From Pseudogymnoascus verrucosus (Eukaryota), in NCBI GenBank assembly GCA_001662655.1, contig KV460217.1: 34,411 nucleotides of DNA; one strand, written 5' to 3'. Shown here one piece after another: positions 22,989-33,458 of the stretch (the stretch's first letter is position 1; each line of letters opens with the position of its first letter). The position numbers and the translations under genes are program-made. The notes under the pieces were generated by a model that was given only the letters and a program-made list of their open reading frames with translations, was not told where the DNA came from and searched no databases.

Positions 22989-23191
22989 CAACAAGGGCCA
23001 ACAAGGACCAACAAGGGCCAACAAGGACCAACAAGGACCAACAAGGACCAACAAGGGCCAACAAGGGCCAACAAGGCAACAGCCAACAAGGGCTAACAAG
23101 GGCTAACGAGGGCTAACAAGGGCTAACAAGGGCTAACAAGGGCTAATAACAGCTAATAAGGGCCAACAACGGCTAACAACGGCCAACAAGG
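22989..23191. repeat. 10-bp minisatellite, about 20 units (CAACAAGGGC and variants)
   Basis: Directly visible tandem units caacaagggc, caacaaggac and taacaagggc. Confidence 0.95.
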
Positions 23192-23814
23192 TGCGTCTTA
23201 GCCTAACTCTTCCTAGCCAATTGCAGCCTTCTAAGTGACCTACTGTACGTTGGAGGGAAATAAAAACATATGTCCTACATATTAAAGCCGGCGATTTTAC
23301 GAGATCGAGATGCCAACTAACTTATTGTGCCTAATAGGAAACTATTTCCGGTAGGAAATGCTACATACTTAAGAAGATTCACAAGTGGCTTAGGTATTTA
23401 ATTATGGCCACGGTTGTGGACATGGTCTTGCCAAACGAATCGTCGTTGAAATTGTTTTGATACCCATTATCGCACTCTATTCTACCAACGTGGATCCGAT
23501 TTGGCTCGGGCAACATTATGTTTTATCGACATAGAGAGCCGGGAGATGTGCTATTTTCGGTTGAAGAGGTGTTGTAATATCACATGTATGTACTTGTATT
23601 ACAGTCGTCAAGGTTTACTAGGAAGAAAATGGTATCTTACGTGCTACTCATCTATCCCTTCCTATATTAGACAGTCGAGAAGAGCAGATTATGATCTACG
23701 CTACAGGGTATATCGTACATCACCATCTATAATACTACTATATCATCCTTGGAATGTTCTGGCCCATGATACCCATATGTTCTATCGTCCAAAGTCAGCA
23801 TGTTGTGTCTTTCC

Positions 23815-24040
23815 GCAGCAGCGTCGTCACACCAATAACTAATGCTCCTCCCAGTAAATGGAGCATCGCAGTTATTAACCGCATAATCGAGATCCCGTTT
23901 TATCCGGCTCTCGCTGAAGATTTCGGCCCATCTCGGCTCTAGAATAGACATCTCATCCAGGAAGACCCGCCGCAATTTCGTGGCCTCGTATTGCTTCATA
24001 CATTCCCCAGTAAAAGTCAGCTTCATCCTCATCGTCGAGA
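23815..24040 (-). pseudogene. 3' relic resembling the C-terminus of fungal APH-like phosphotransferase family proteins
   Basis: DDEDEADFYW, a +1 frameshift in the C-run at 24005..24008, then ECMKQYEATKLRRVFLDEMSILEPRWAEIFSESRIKRDLDYAVNNCD. Family similarity is recalled; no upstream catalytic domain is visible. Confidence 0.5.
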
Positions 24041-24329
24041 AACCCCTAAGCTCAGCAGAAAGTTTGTTGGATCTTTGACCAGCTTGTCATTACCACCCTT
24101 CTCTAACTGAACCATGCTGCCTGAGCCTGACCTCTGCCAGACAAATCTCTAGCTTAGAAATACTTTTTGTCTTGTCCAGCTGAATATCATGCAGCTATTA
24201 GCCTGAGACTGGCGTATAGCTGAGGGGAGTTTACGGCCTCTGTAGGTGCGGGTGTGTTTTCGCTGGCGTTGGTTTCGACGGACTTGGGGGCATTTGCTCC
24301 CTCGCAACTTCGATCTCGGGTAACATACA

Positions 24330-24404
24330 ATGGCACCGAACCTTACCCCCTCCCAACACGACCTGATTCAGGACATGATACTTGACAAGAGGCTCAAGAC
24401 TAAC
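24330..24404 (+). mobile_element. 5' stub of a fungal Tc1/mariner (Ant1-like) transposase
   Basis: Translates MAPNLTPSQHDLIQDMILDKRLKTN, resembling the MAPNL..SQH.LI.DMI N-terminus of fungal Tc1-like transposases. It stops at the hairpin element. Confidence 0.6.
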
Positions 24405-24489
24405 TACACAGCTCCGGGTGGTCCGTGCCTGTATGGTCTTGGCACTGTTACAAGACCATATAGGCACGGACCACCCGGAACTGTGTAGT
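24403..24489. mobile_element. Miniature inverted-repeat (hairpin/MITE-like) element
   Basis: 39-bp arms at 24403..24441 and 24451..24489 with 2 mismatches and a 9-nt spacer. The core CACAG...CTGTG (24407..24485) is flanked by TA on both sides. Confidence 0.7.
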
Positions 24490-25650
24490 AGATTGAGGAC
24501 AACTTTGCGCAATATGGACTCTGAGCTTCATCACGTTGATAGGAGGAATTTCAAAGGCTCTGACGTGGCTATGCGGTTGCTACGCAACTAATTATTAGGT
24601 GAAAATCCTGCATTTGTGTGACTTTTGACGGCATTCTGGTTATATGGGTTCCTATCGATTGTCTGTCGATTTAGACATTGCTTAGTAATACAATCAGTCA
24701 CTCTTGGCGAGATTCACGGCATCCACCAAAGATCATCGAAGGTTGTTCACCATTTTCCCCAAATACTCCAGCAAATGTCATAAACAGACTACATCACCAC
24801 CACAATGCAGAAGAGATATGTGACGAACGAATGATGAACAGGTTAGTCTACACTAGCTATCCGGCCCGGTGACCGGCCCGGTCCGAATACCACGCCTCGC
24901 TTGCATAATTTCATGCAGTAAGAATTGTGTGTCGCGTGCTGTAGCAAGCCTTCTCATGTTCTCTCGTGTCTTGAGTGATCAACAGTAACACAAGTGCCGG
25001 GATCCAATCACATGTAAACAAAAACGAAACACAATCAACCATTAAACAAATATCTTCAAAACAGCGGCGGATGTGAAGCCATAGCCACACTCATGAAACG
25101 AACATCGCCGAAATGCACAATATCGGCAATTTATTTACCAGTGTGCCTATCCACAGCGTTTGGGGGCCGCGCTCGTATTTCGATCAGATCAGCTGGATCG
25201 ACATGGTACATTTACTGCTGCCTGGATTAGGCAACGACTTATGGCCATTGTGAGGGTTCAATTTATGGCTGCCTGTTCTCTAGCTGCACTGCAAACCCCG
25301 AACTTGGGGGATGAGACGGCGTGACTGCCCTCCGTGTCCGTGTCGCGTGCCATTGGCCCCCTTTACGACCGGTTATTCACATCTTCGTTTGAGGAGAGAT
25401 TTTCGAATCATGGCCCCGCCCAACAGAGAAGGATTTGAGCCGCTGTCTAGTGGTGGTGATCGGCCTCCTCGAAGGGCGGTCACTAAAGCGGACAGGGATG
25501 TGATCTGCAGTTTAGGGGTCGGGAGGGCCAGTGCTCGTCACTGTTAGGTCCACTATTGCCGTCGTTTAGAGCATTAGGCCAATAACTGGGCCCCTGAAAA
25601 TAGAACAGGTGGGTTGGGCTGACAGCTTTGAAGCTCGCAGGGACAGATCG

Positions 25651-25701
25651 CCGAGGAAGTAAGGGTCCCTGAGGACGTAAGGGTCTCCGAGGAAGTAAGG
25701 G
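25651..25701. repeat. 18-bp tandem repeat, about 3 copies, upstream of the GT32 gene
   Basis: ccgaggaagtaagggtcc / ctgaggacgtaagggtct / ccgaggaagtaaggg. Confidence 0.8.
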
Positions 25702-25806
25702 AGGTGATGTGTCGAAATGGGGGCACTGGGAGGGAAGGTAACACAAGCGTTATTTAGGAACAGAAGTTCCTCCTCACCGCACTTTGTATAATCATCGTCC
25801 GTTTGA

Positions 25807-27009
25807 ATGATTTCCCTCGATGAGCTGCGTGACGCTGCGTGGATGAAGCCGCCCAACTCTCCCCCTCTCCTACCTCTCAACAGCCGCAAGATGCGCTACA
25901 GCAACGCGGTGCTGGTGCGAGCCAAAGCGGCACTGCTGAAGTTCGCCCCCATCGCCGTCTTCATCGGCATCATCCTCTACTTCCTCACCTCTTTCTACCC
26001 CTCCACGCGCACCTTCTCGTGTCCCACCAGCGCGGCCTCCACGCCCGTCAACCCCATCCCCAACCGCGTGCACTTCGTGCATATCATGCCCGACGGCCCC
26101 GACTCCGACATCAAGTTCAAGTTCAAGCACTTCGTTGCCATCTACTCCGCCTCTTTCTACTTCGGTCCCGACCTCATCTACATCCACACCGACGCCTCGT
26201 ATGCGTCCATCGAGCGCGCGCAGAGCGGACCCATCGACAAAGCTCCTAGCAAGTGGGCGCATAAGATCCTCAATCTTCCTGCCGTCGTCGTGCGTCGCGT
26301 CAATGCCCCTGACGTTGCAACAGGGACGGGCATCCCCATAACACTGCTCGAGCATAAATCCGACTTCGTCCGCGCGCAGGCCGTCTACGAGCATGGCGGC
26401 ATCTATCTTGACTGGGACGCGCACGCGCTGCGCGATGTGAAGCCGTTGAGGGAGTCGGGCTTTGCGAATGTCGTCGGGAGGCAGAAGGGGGGGCAGGTGA
26501 ACAGTGGGGTGTGGATGTCGCGGCCGAGGACGTTGTTGATGAAGCTCTGGGTCGAGCAGCAGCATCAGGTGTATTCGGGTGCCTGGACGGCCCATAGCAA
26601 TGATCTGCTGACGTCGCTGTCGGAGAAGCATGGGGATAGCAGCTTGCTCACGATGATTGCTGAGCGCCTGATGCCGGAGAACAAAGAGGTGCTCATCCTG
26701 GAAAGAGTAGCGTTCGCGCCGATGAGTTGGAAACTGAGTGATGCCTCTAAGCTATTCATGCCACATTTGGACGATAACATCGGGCAGATGGAACGCGATG
26801 TGGAGAAGCCGGACTGGGAGATTGATTACTCGACGTCGTATATCCTTCATGCCTTCAAGCCGGATAAAAGCGAGCATATCGAAAACTTTGATTGTGACAA
26901 CGGTATTACGGTCAAGTATGTGTTGGCGCGGCAGAGCAACTTTGCTCTTGCCGTCTACCCTGCTGTCAAGCATGCGATTGATGCTGGTGTCATCTCCGCC
27001 GACGATTAG
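25807..27009 (+). CDS. Glycosyltransferase family 32 (DXD sugar-binding), type II membrane protein; start may be 25807, 25843 or 25891
   Basis: N-terminal TM segment FAPIAVFIGIILYFLTSF and motifs PIPNRVHFV and HKSDFVRAQAVYEHGGIYLDWD. Intronless ORF. Confidence 0.88.
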   Translation: MISLDELRDAAWMKPPNSPPLLPLNSRKMRYSNAVLVRAKAALLKFAPIAVFIGIILYFLTSFYPSTRTFSCPTSAASTPVNPIPNRVHFVHIMPDGPDSDIKFKFKHFVAIYSASFYFGPDLIYIHTDASYASIERAQSGPIDKAPSKWAHKILNLPAVVVRRVNAPDVATGTGIPITLLEHKSDFVRAQAVYEHGGIYLDWDAHALRDVKPLRESGFANVVGRQKGGQVNSGVWMSRPRTLLMKLWVEQQHQVYSGAWTAHSNDLLTSLSEKHGDSSLLTMIAERLMPENKEVLILERVAFAPMSWKLSDASKLFMPHLDDNIGQMERDVEKPDWEIDYSTSYILHAFKPDKSEHIENFDCDNGITVKYVLARQSNFALAVYPAVKHAIDAGVISADD

Positions 27010-27946
27010 TGCCGCAGTGCCTGCGAACGGTTAGTCGTGTTTGGTTCAGGGACAACATTGCCAAAATACTAAGGACGGCTCACATAGGGGTATGCGAGAA
27101 GTCCCTGACCCGAGACTGTGGCCCAAGAGTGTTTGGATGGCGGTTGTGGAGTCATTTCAATCATAACCAGAGTATGGATATAATATATCCACCGCCAGGA
27201 TGGAAAAAACGGTGCACGATACAACATAACGGGAAACATCCAAAGTGCCACAGAGCACAACTCTTCAGGTGAGGAGTTACGCTACACAATTCCCATGTCA
27301 GGGGATGTTACAGGCGCCGATGAGTAGGAGTTGGCGCAACGGGCACAAGGACGAGTGTGTAACGAAACTGAACAAGTAATAGCATAGAATACACATATAT
27401 AATAATAATACAGCCTCCTACCTACTCCATCGCAAAAAGTATAGAGAGAGAATAGAGATGTCTGGAATAGGTGTAAGCTGGGGCTTATCAGTCGCGCGCG
27501 CTTGTTGAGGTTCCGCCGGCCATCCGGCGGAAATTAAATAGCTTGCAATCCGTAAACGCTAAACGACGGAGGATATGTCAAGCAATTAACTCGGTCTACA
27601 GAATACAATCGTATTCTAAAATGTTTTTGCTACACAATATCTTCATGAAGAATTGGCTGACTCAGTTCGCAAAATAGTACCACGTCTTCCAATGTCTCTG
27701 TGCTACACAGTAACTTCGTACAAAATTGGCCTACTCAAACATGAGAAATAATCTCACATCTTCAAATTCCCCCGCATGATTCACAATATCTTAAAAATAT
27801 CTGACAAAGTTATGATTTAATCAAAGGTATCATAATTGCAATCGCCCCTCGGCGCTGCTTCAGCAAGAAAATCATATCATACAAACGTTCATCTGCCCTT
27901 CGTCTCATCCTATGTAGCCCCTTTCCCCCAAACAATCATTCATAAC

Positions 27947-30664
27947 TCAGTCATCCATAGCCTTATCAGTGAGGCTAACGCCCGCCGGCTGCTCGAGCTT
28001 GCCACCACCGCCAACGCTCAACCTATTCAACGCACTCGACGCCGGCGGCTTCCGCGCCGTCGCCAGTCTCCCAACTACTGGGTGACTAGGTCTTCCCAGG
28101 CTATTCCGCTTCTCCACCCCTACCTCATCAGCGCCAACATCCGCCGCTCCTGCGCCGAATGAGTTGAAATCACTGACTCCATTCGTAGCTTGCTGCAGCG
28201 CGCTGGACGCAGAGTGGCTATCTGGTCCAGTGGAGATGGAATCGATCGACCCCGGAATATCCAAGCTAGCCCTGTTTACAGTGCTTCCAAGCGAGCCCCT
28301 CGAGTTACGCGTCTCAGACGTCAAAGTCGGCGACGTCTGGATGGGGAACCTCGTCTCCGGGCCCCCACTACTCCTATCCCTCCTATGCCCACGCGGGCTC
28401 GGTGCCGGGCTGGTAGCTCTGCTCCTCGACCCCCCCGCCGCGAGGATAGCGCGCGTCCTAGCCTCCATGTTTGCCTTGCGGTTGCTCTCGTCGGTGCTGA
28501 TCGCTCTCGGACGGTTATTGTTGGCGTTATTCGCGCTGTGGGAGAGCGAGCTAGCGCGCTTGAGTTCGCTGAAGATCTGGCTCTTGTGCACGAAGAGGTC
28601 GCGGATGAGGCGGTAGGAATGCTTCTCCTCTAGTGTTAGGGAGTTCTCTGCGCGGGGGCGGAGGATGCAGGGGGCGAGGGTTTGGGCGAGGGCGGCAGTG
28701 TAGGCTTCGTCGGCTGAGGTTAGCTCGATTAGTCGAGTGAAGTGGGTCATGAGCGCGTCGAGGGTTGCGATGTTGGAGAGGCGAAGCTGGATGAGAGTGT
28801 TTTGGAGTACAGATATACGGGCCGAGTCGGTCGACTCTGAGGCGGGGGTGTTGTAGATGGTTTTAACAATCTCGTAGACGTGGGAAGAGACCAGGGAGTC
28901 TGAAAAGATGTTAGTAATAGTCTACGATCAAGAATTCAGTTTACATACCAGGAAGTTCTAGCAAGTACAGCTTGAGCACGCTTGCTACTACGGGTATATC
29001 ATAGCGCTGGAGAGTCTCCATTGGTACCGGCTTTGCGTTATTGATCTCGTCTCTCAGGCGATGAGTGATTTGCAACGGAACATCGACAAGCCAGATGCCT
29101 CGTCTAGCCTCGTCACCTTCCAAGTCCGGATAGTGGTTGTCCAAGAATGTGAGGATGGAGGTGATAGCATTCGGGACGCGCTTCTTATCAGCACGAGCGC
29201 GGGCCTCTAAGTCAACACCGAATGTTTGCTCATCGGCAGAGTTGTAATAGTTGTCGTAGATCTGGACTTTCGGCGCGAAGCCACCAGTGCGGTAGTTCTC
29301 TAGGAGATAGCGGAGATCTCCCAGCGGCTGAACGGTCTCTTGGTAGAGCATCATCTTGTCGACGGTTGACTGAAGACTTGGGATGGCATTGCTGATTGCG
29401 CCAGAAAAGTCAAGAACAACTGACTTGATAGCCTTTAGGCGGTCAAGCTCACAACGCTCCATAAACTTGAGGTGGTCAATAATAGCCTCCTCGAGCTGGC
29501 ACCTTAGCAGGTCCAACTTTCGCACAGACGCCTTGTATCTCTCATCCGCCTCGGCAGCTTCTCTTCGGAGACGCTGAGCTGGGGTCTCATTTGGATGTTG
29601 GTTAACCAGGCTCCATCCGGAAAGGTACTCTCCAACAGCTCCAACAACTGGCGACTCTGCAAAGTCGGAGTTGGGAGCGAGAGAGAATGTTCGGTTCAGA
29701 GTCTGCTTCTTCTCAGGTACGCCGGCGTACTGGAATGCCCGTGGCCGCCATTGGTAGAACATCTTGCTGCTGTTGGCAAAAGTGTTACCAACGTTGCCAA
29801 TCAGGCGCAAGAATCCGTGGTCCACAAGATCCTGGCCAACACGCTCAGCATGGCTGATAGTGGTAGCACCCAGGTGCTTTTGCAGATATTCCACAATACC
29901 AGCACCAGATGTAGTGTTCTGATAAGTGCCAAGGATTGGCACCTTGGTGTCTCCAAGCGCCACGGTGTTTAGGGCATGTTCAAGCATCTTCTTAACCTGC
30001 TCGGGCTGGTAGATCTCGTCTCCGATTTCCAGAGGCTCGTCATCCTCATCATTCTCCTCCACCTTGATCTCGGGTATATTCTGTTTTCCTTTGGGGCTCC
30101 CCTCCGGGCCTGATGGGTCTTGGAACGCAAGCTTGTTCTCCTCCTCAATGTCCTCCACAAGACGGCACTTGTTGAAGTAGTTGCTGCGGAGCTTCCTGAC
30201 CGACTCGGCCTGTTTGTCGTGGTACTTGATCCGCGATTGCAGATCGTCTTGCGAAGACTGCACCCGATTCTCGTGGGCGTCGCACCAGCGGCTGAATGGG
30301 TTCACGACAAGCTCGCGTATACTCGAAGCTATCCTTCGGTGGTTCTTCGACGCCTCCTCCATCTCACTGCGGACTCCATCGTATGCCTTTTTGAGGCTTG
30401 CGCCGTCATCCCTCGTGAATCCGCCAGTCATCTTGTCAGTCGCTGGCCCGATATCGCCCAAACGCATCCCGTAGAGGTCTTCGGCTTCGGCTCGCATTCG
30501 TGCAATCGTTAGGACCTGCTGGTTTTCCAGGACACCCTGCTGAAGCTTCCCGAAGAGAACTCCCAGTCCTGATCAATTGAGTTAGCAATTGATTTCATAG
30601 CGACACTCGAATACTTGCCTCCAGCATAGTCGGCGGACCAGAAGGAATCTGCGAAACCCGGCAT
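27947..30664 (-). CDS. F-BAR + DEP + RhoGAP-domain protein (Rgd2/Rga8-like), 872 aa; exons 30664-30619, 30568-28949, 28899-27947
   Basis: N-terminus MPGFADSFWSADYAGGLGVLFGKLQQG requires the GC-AG intron 30618..30569. DEP segment AERVGQDLVDHGFLRLIG; GAP segments ASVLKLYLLELPDSL (across intron 28948..28900) and LAPCILRP. Confidence 0.9.
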
Positions 30665-31318
30665 CTTGCCCACGTGAGAGGGATCGCGACTACTGGTGAA
30701 GGTTTCGTGAAGTCGATTGAAGCGACGCGCGTCCCTTTGGGGTGAGGTTGATATGTACAGGAGGGGTGGTTTTTAGCAAAAAAAGGAGCGACGAGGAAAA
30801 GATCAACAAAGTTGGCAGCTCTATGAAGGTCGAATAGGAAGGGACCTCAGATGGGGCTGTGTTTCGTGAAGCTTCGCTCAGCGGTATCGTTACAACAGAC
30901 AGAACCAAGAACCGCAATAACACCAGCGACAGTTTAGGAGATTGTCCTCGAGCCGGCCGATTGATTTGCGACGTCTGCCAGGTTCTGCGCGATTCAGTTT
31001 TGTTGTTTATAAGTCTGGTTCAGGTCCCGGGTCAGCACGAGTTGTCCACGTTCGCTAATGTACCGTTTGGGTCTAGGCTGCCACTGCTCCAAGGTTGGGG
31101 AATTGGAGGGTCTAAGTTTAGAGTCGTCGATTCGTCCGAAGTGTCTTTTTCAGGTTTCAGGCACGCAAAAGATCAGATGTTACACGTGACTTATGAGACA
31201 AACGCGCGTATACGCGTATACCGTAGAGAAAAAGGTGACTGTACGAATCGGGAGCTGACGTGAAAGCTACTAGGAAATCATCATATCCCGATATTATATT
31301 GCAAATAAGCCTTTTTAC

Positions 31319-33043
31319 ATGATGGAGTCTAGGCCTCTTCTGCCAAAGGTAGAGTCCTACGCCGATGATCAGCGGCAACAGTTGGTCGTCGTCGATGGGG
31401 GCTCACCATGGCGAAGGTCGAAATGTATAGTTGCATATGGAGCCCTCCTTTTGACTGGATCTGTGCTGTTATTTTCTAAGCCCACTGCCGCCTTTGGGTG
31501 GCCGTTTTGGGGGCAGCCACCTACCATTGAAGAAAGAGCGAGCAAGATCTTGACTCATACGCCGCTGATAGATGGACATAATGATCTTGCCATCCTCATC
31601 CGCGAGCGTTACAATAATCACATCAATGACGAGAAATTCCAGAAGATGTTTTTGGAAGGGGGCATGCCAGCCCATGTTGACCTTCCGCGATTGAAGGAGG
31701 GCAAGGTTGGGGGTGCCTTCTGGTCGGCATTTATTCCCTGTCCTAAGAATGGTTCTGATTTTTCAAACGAGAATTATGCACATTGTAAGTGGAATTATTT
31801 ACTTCAAGTGTCATCTCATTGCCTGGTTGTGGAGTCCAATTGCCATAAGTATCTGCAATAGACACTGTTTAAGCACGAGGATGCCGATGCTGGGCCGATT
31901 CCCTATTTGAAACTCCTCACTTTATACTTCCCATCTCCAAAGGCCACAGGAATGCAAGATCCAGTCTATAATAAGGACGACATCCCTCAGCCATCGTCAC
32001 ATCCTAACACCCCCCAGCCGTCTCAGCAACATACAGCCAGCTCGACCTCCTCCGCCGTCTCCAATCCCTCTACCCCACCCCCCCCCCCCCCCCCCCCCAC
32101 CACCCAACCCCCCCCCCCCCCCTCCCCCCCCACCACCCCCACCCCCCCCCCCCCCCCCCCCCCCCCCCCACCCCCTCCCCCCCCCCCCAACAGCACAACC
32201 GCCCTCTCCCACTTCCGCGCCCACCAGCTCATCTCCCCCCTCGCCATCGAAGGCCTCCACCAAATCGGCAACTCCGCCTCCACCCTACGCACCTACCACA
32301 CCCTCGGCGTGCGCTACGCAACCCTCACCCACAACTGCCACAACATCTACGCCGACGCCGCCGTGACCGAGCTCCCCGGCGGCAACGTCGAGAAATCTAC
32401 CCCCCTCTGGGGCGGTGTCAGCCCCGCCGGTCGCAAGATAATCAAGGAGATGAACCGCCTCGGCGTCCTCGTCGATCTTGCACACGTCAGTCGCGATACC
32501 ATGCTCGACGTTCTTGGCGGCGGTTCCTCCGACTGGACCGGCAGCGCCGCGCCTCCCATTTTCAGCCACAGCAGCGCCTACGCGCTCTGTCCGCACCCGC
32601 GCAACGTCCCTGATGAGGTGCTACATCTCGTCAAGGCGAGGGGGAGCGTGGTGATGATTAATTTCATGCCCGACTTCGTGAGCTGCGTTGCCGCGGACCC
32701 GCCGAATGACAGCGGGATTCCTGATTTCGACGAGGCGGGGTCGACGCTGGGGCGGGTGGCGGATCATGTGGTGTATATTGGGGAGTTGATTGGGTTTGAG
32801 CATGTGGGGATTGGGAGTGATTTTGATGGGATTGGGAAGACGCCGAGGGGGTTGGAGGATGTGACGAAGTTCCCGGATTTGGTGGGGGAGTTGCTGAGGA
32901 GGGGGGTGAGTGATGGGGATGTGGCGAAGGTTGTGGGGGGGAATATTTTGCGTGTGTGGGCGGAGGCTGATAAAGTGGCATTGAGGATGCAGGAGGAGGG
33001 GGAGATGCCGCTTGAGGATGATCTGCCGAGTGTGGAGTGGTAG
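31319..33043 (+). CDS. Membrane dipeptidase (peptidase M19, renal-dipeptidase family); exon 31319..31784, intron 31785..32017, exon 32018..33043 with an apparent frameshift in the poly-C tract
   Basis: Motifs LIDGHNDL, AIEGLHQ, LTHNCHN, VDLAHVS, FSHSSA, HPRNVPD and GIGSDFDG, plus an N-terminal TM segment. The exon after acceptor 32017 reads SVSATYSQLDLLRRLQSLYP. Confidence 0.88.
32072..32188. repeat. Poly-C tract, probably an assembly/sequencing artefact
   Basis: About 115 nt of nearly pure C inside a catalytic-domain exon; the reading frame differs on its two sides. Confidence 0.7.
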
Positions 33044-33424
33044 ATTCTAATATATCGTTCAATCATGACACAGTACTTATACAGTGTGATTATGGAGGAC
33101 CGTCCTTACGGATAGGGTCTGCAGCTAAGCGTGAGCAGAGCAAGAGAAGCGCCGTCATGCATGGCATTGCCTCCGACGGGGTCTGGTTTCGGTTCTATCG
33201 GGTTGACAATGAGGGCAAATTCAGCCAGTTGAGGAACGCCTGCATCGAGATCTGAGAATCTTCAGCAATCTTATTGCGGGAACCTGTATAGACAAATGAT
33301 ACAAACGGAGTGCTCCTAAACCTACACACACACACTTCCACTCACTCCGGCCGCCTTTCCAGACTATTCTCAACCATGGCCCGTCTCACCGCCGCCGTCC
33401 TCTCACCACCTCCACCCTCTTATC

Positions 33425-33458
33425 NNNNNNNNNNNNNNNNNNNNNNNNNNNNNNNNNN
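33425..33458. other. Assembly gap (34 N); two more N at 33618-33619
   Basis: Runs of N in C-rich context. Confidence 0.99.

Noticed and set aside
22989..23191. CRISPR-like array, or the coding ORFs 22879..23079 and 22910..23116
   Set aside because: Contiguous 10-bp units with no unique spacers in a eukaryotic context; the ORFs are repeat translations.
25566..25889. Minus-strand ORF with PYFLGD repeats
   Set aside because: Arises from the 18-bp DNA repeat and overlaps the GT32 5' end; no other coding evidence.
31202..31221. ACGCGT/CGCG (MCB-like) palindromic cluster in the RhoGAP/dipeptidase promoter
   Set aside because: Too short to call without conservation data.
31907..32190. Polyproline N-terminus of the 378-aa ORF
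   Set aside because: Translation of intron, the wrong frame and the suspect poly-C tract.
35..33066. Numerous antisense and alternate-frame ORFs overlapping the called genes
   Set aside because: Expected shadows of GC-rich codon usage, with no domains.
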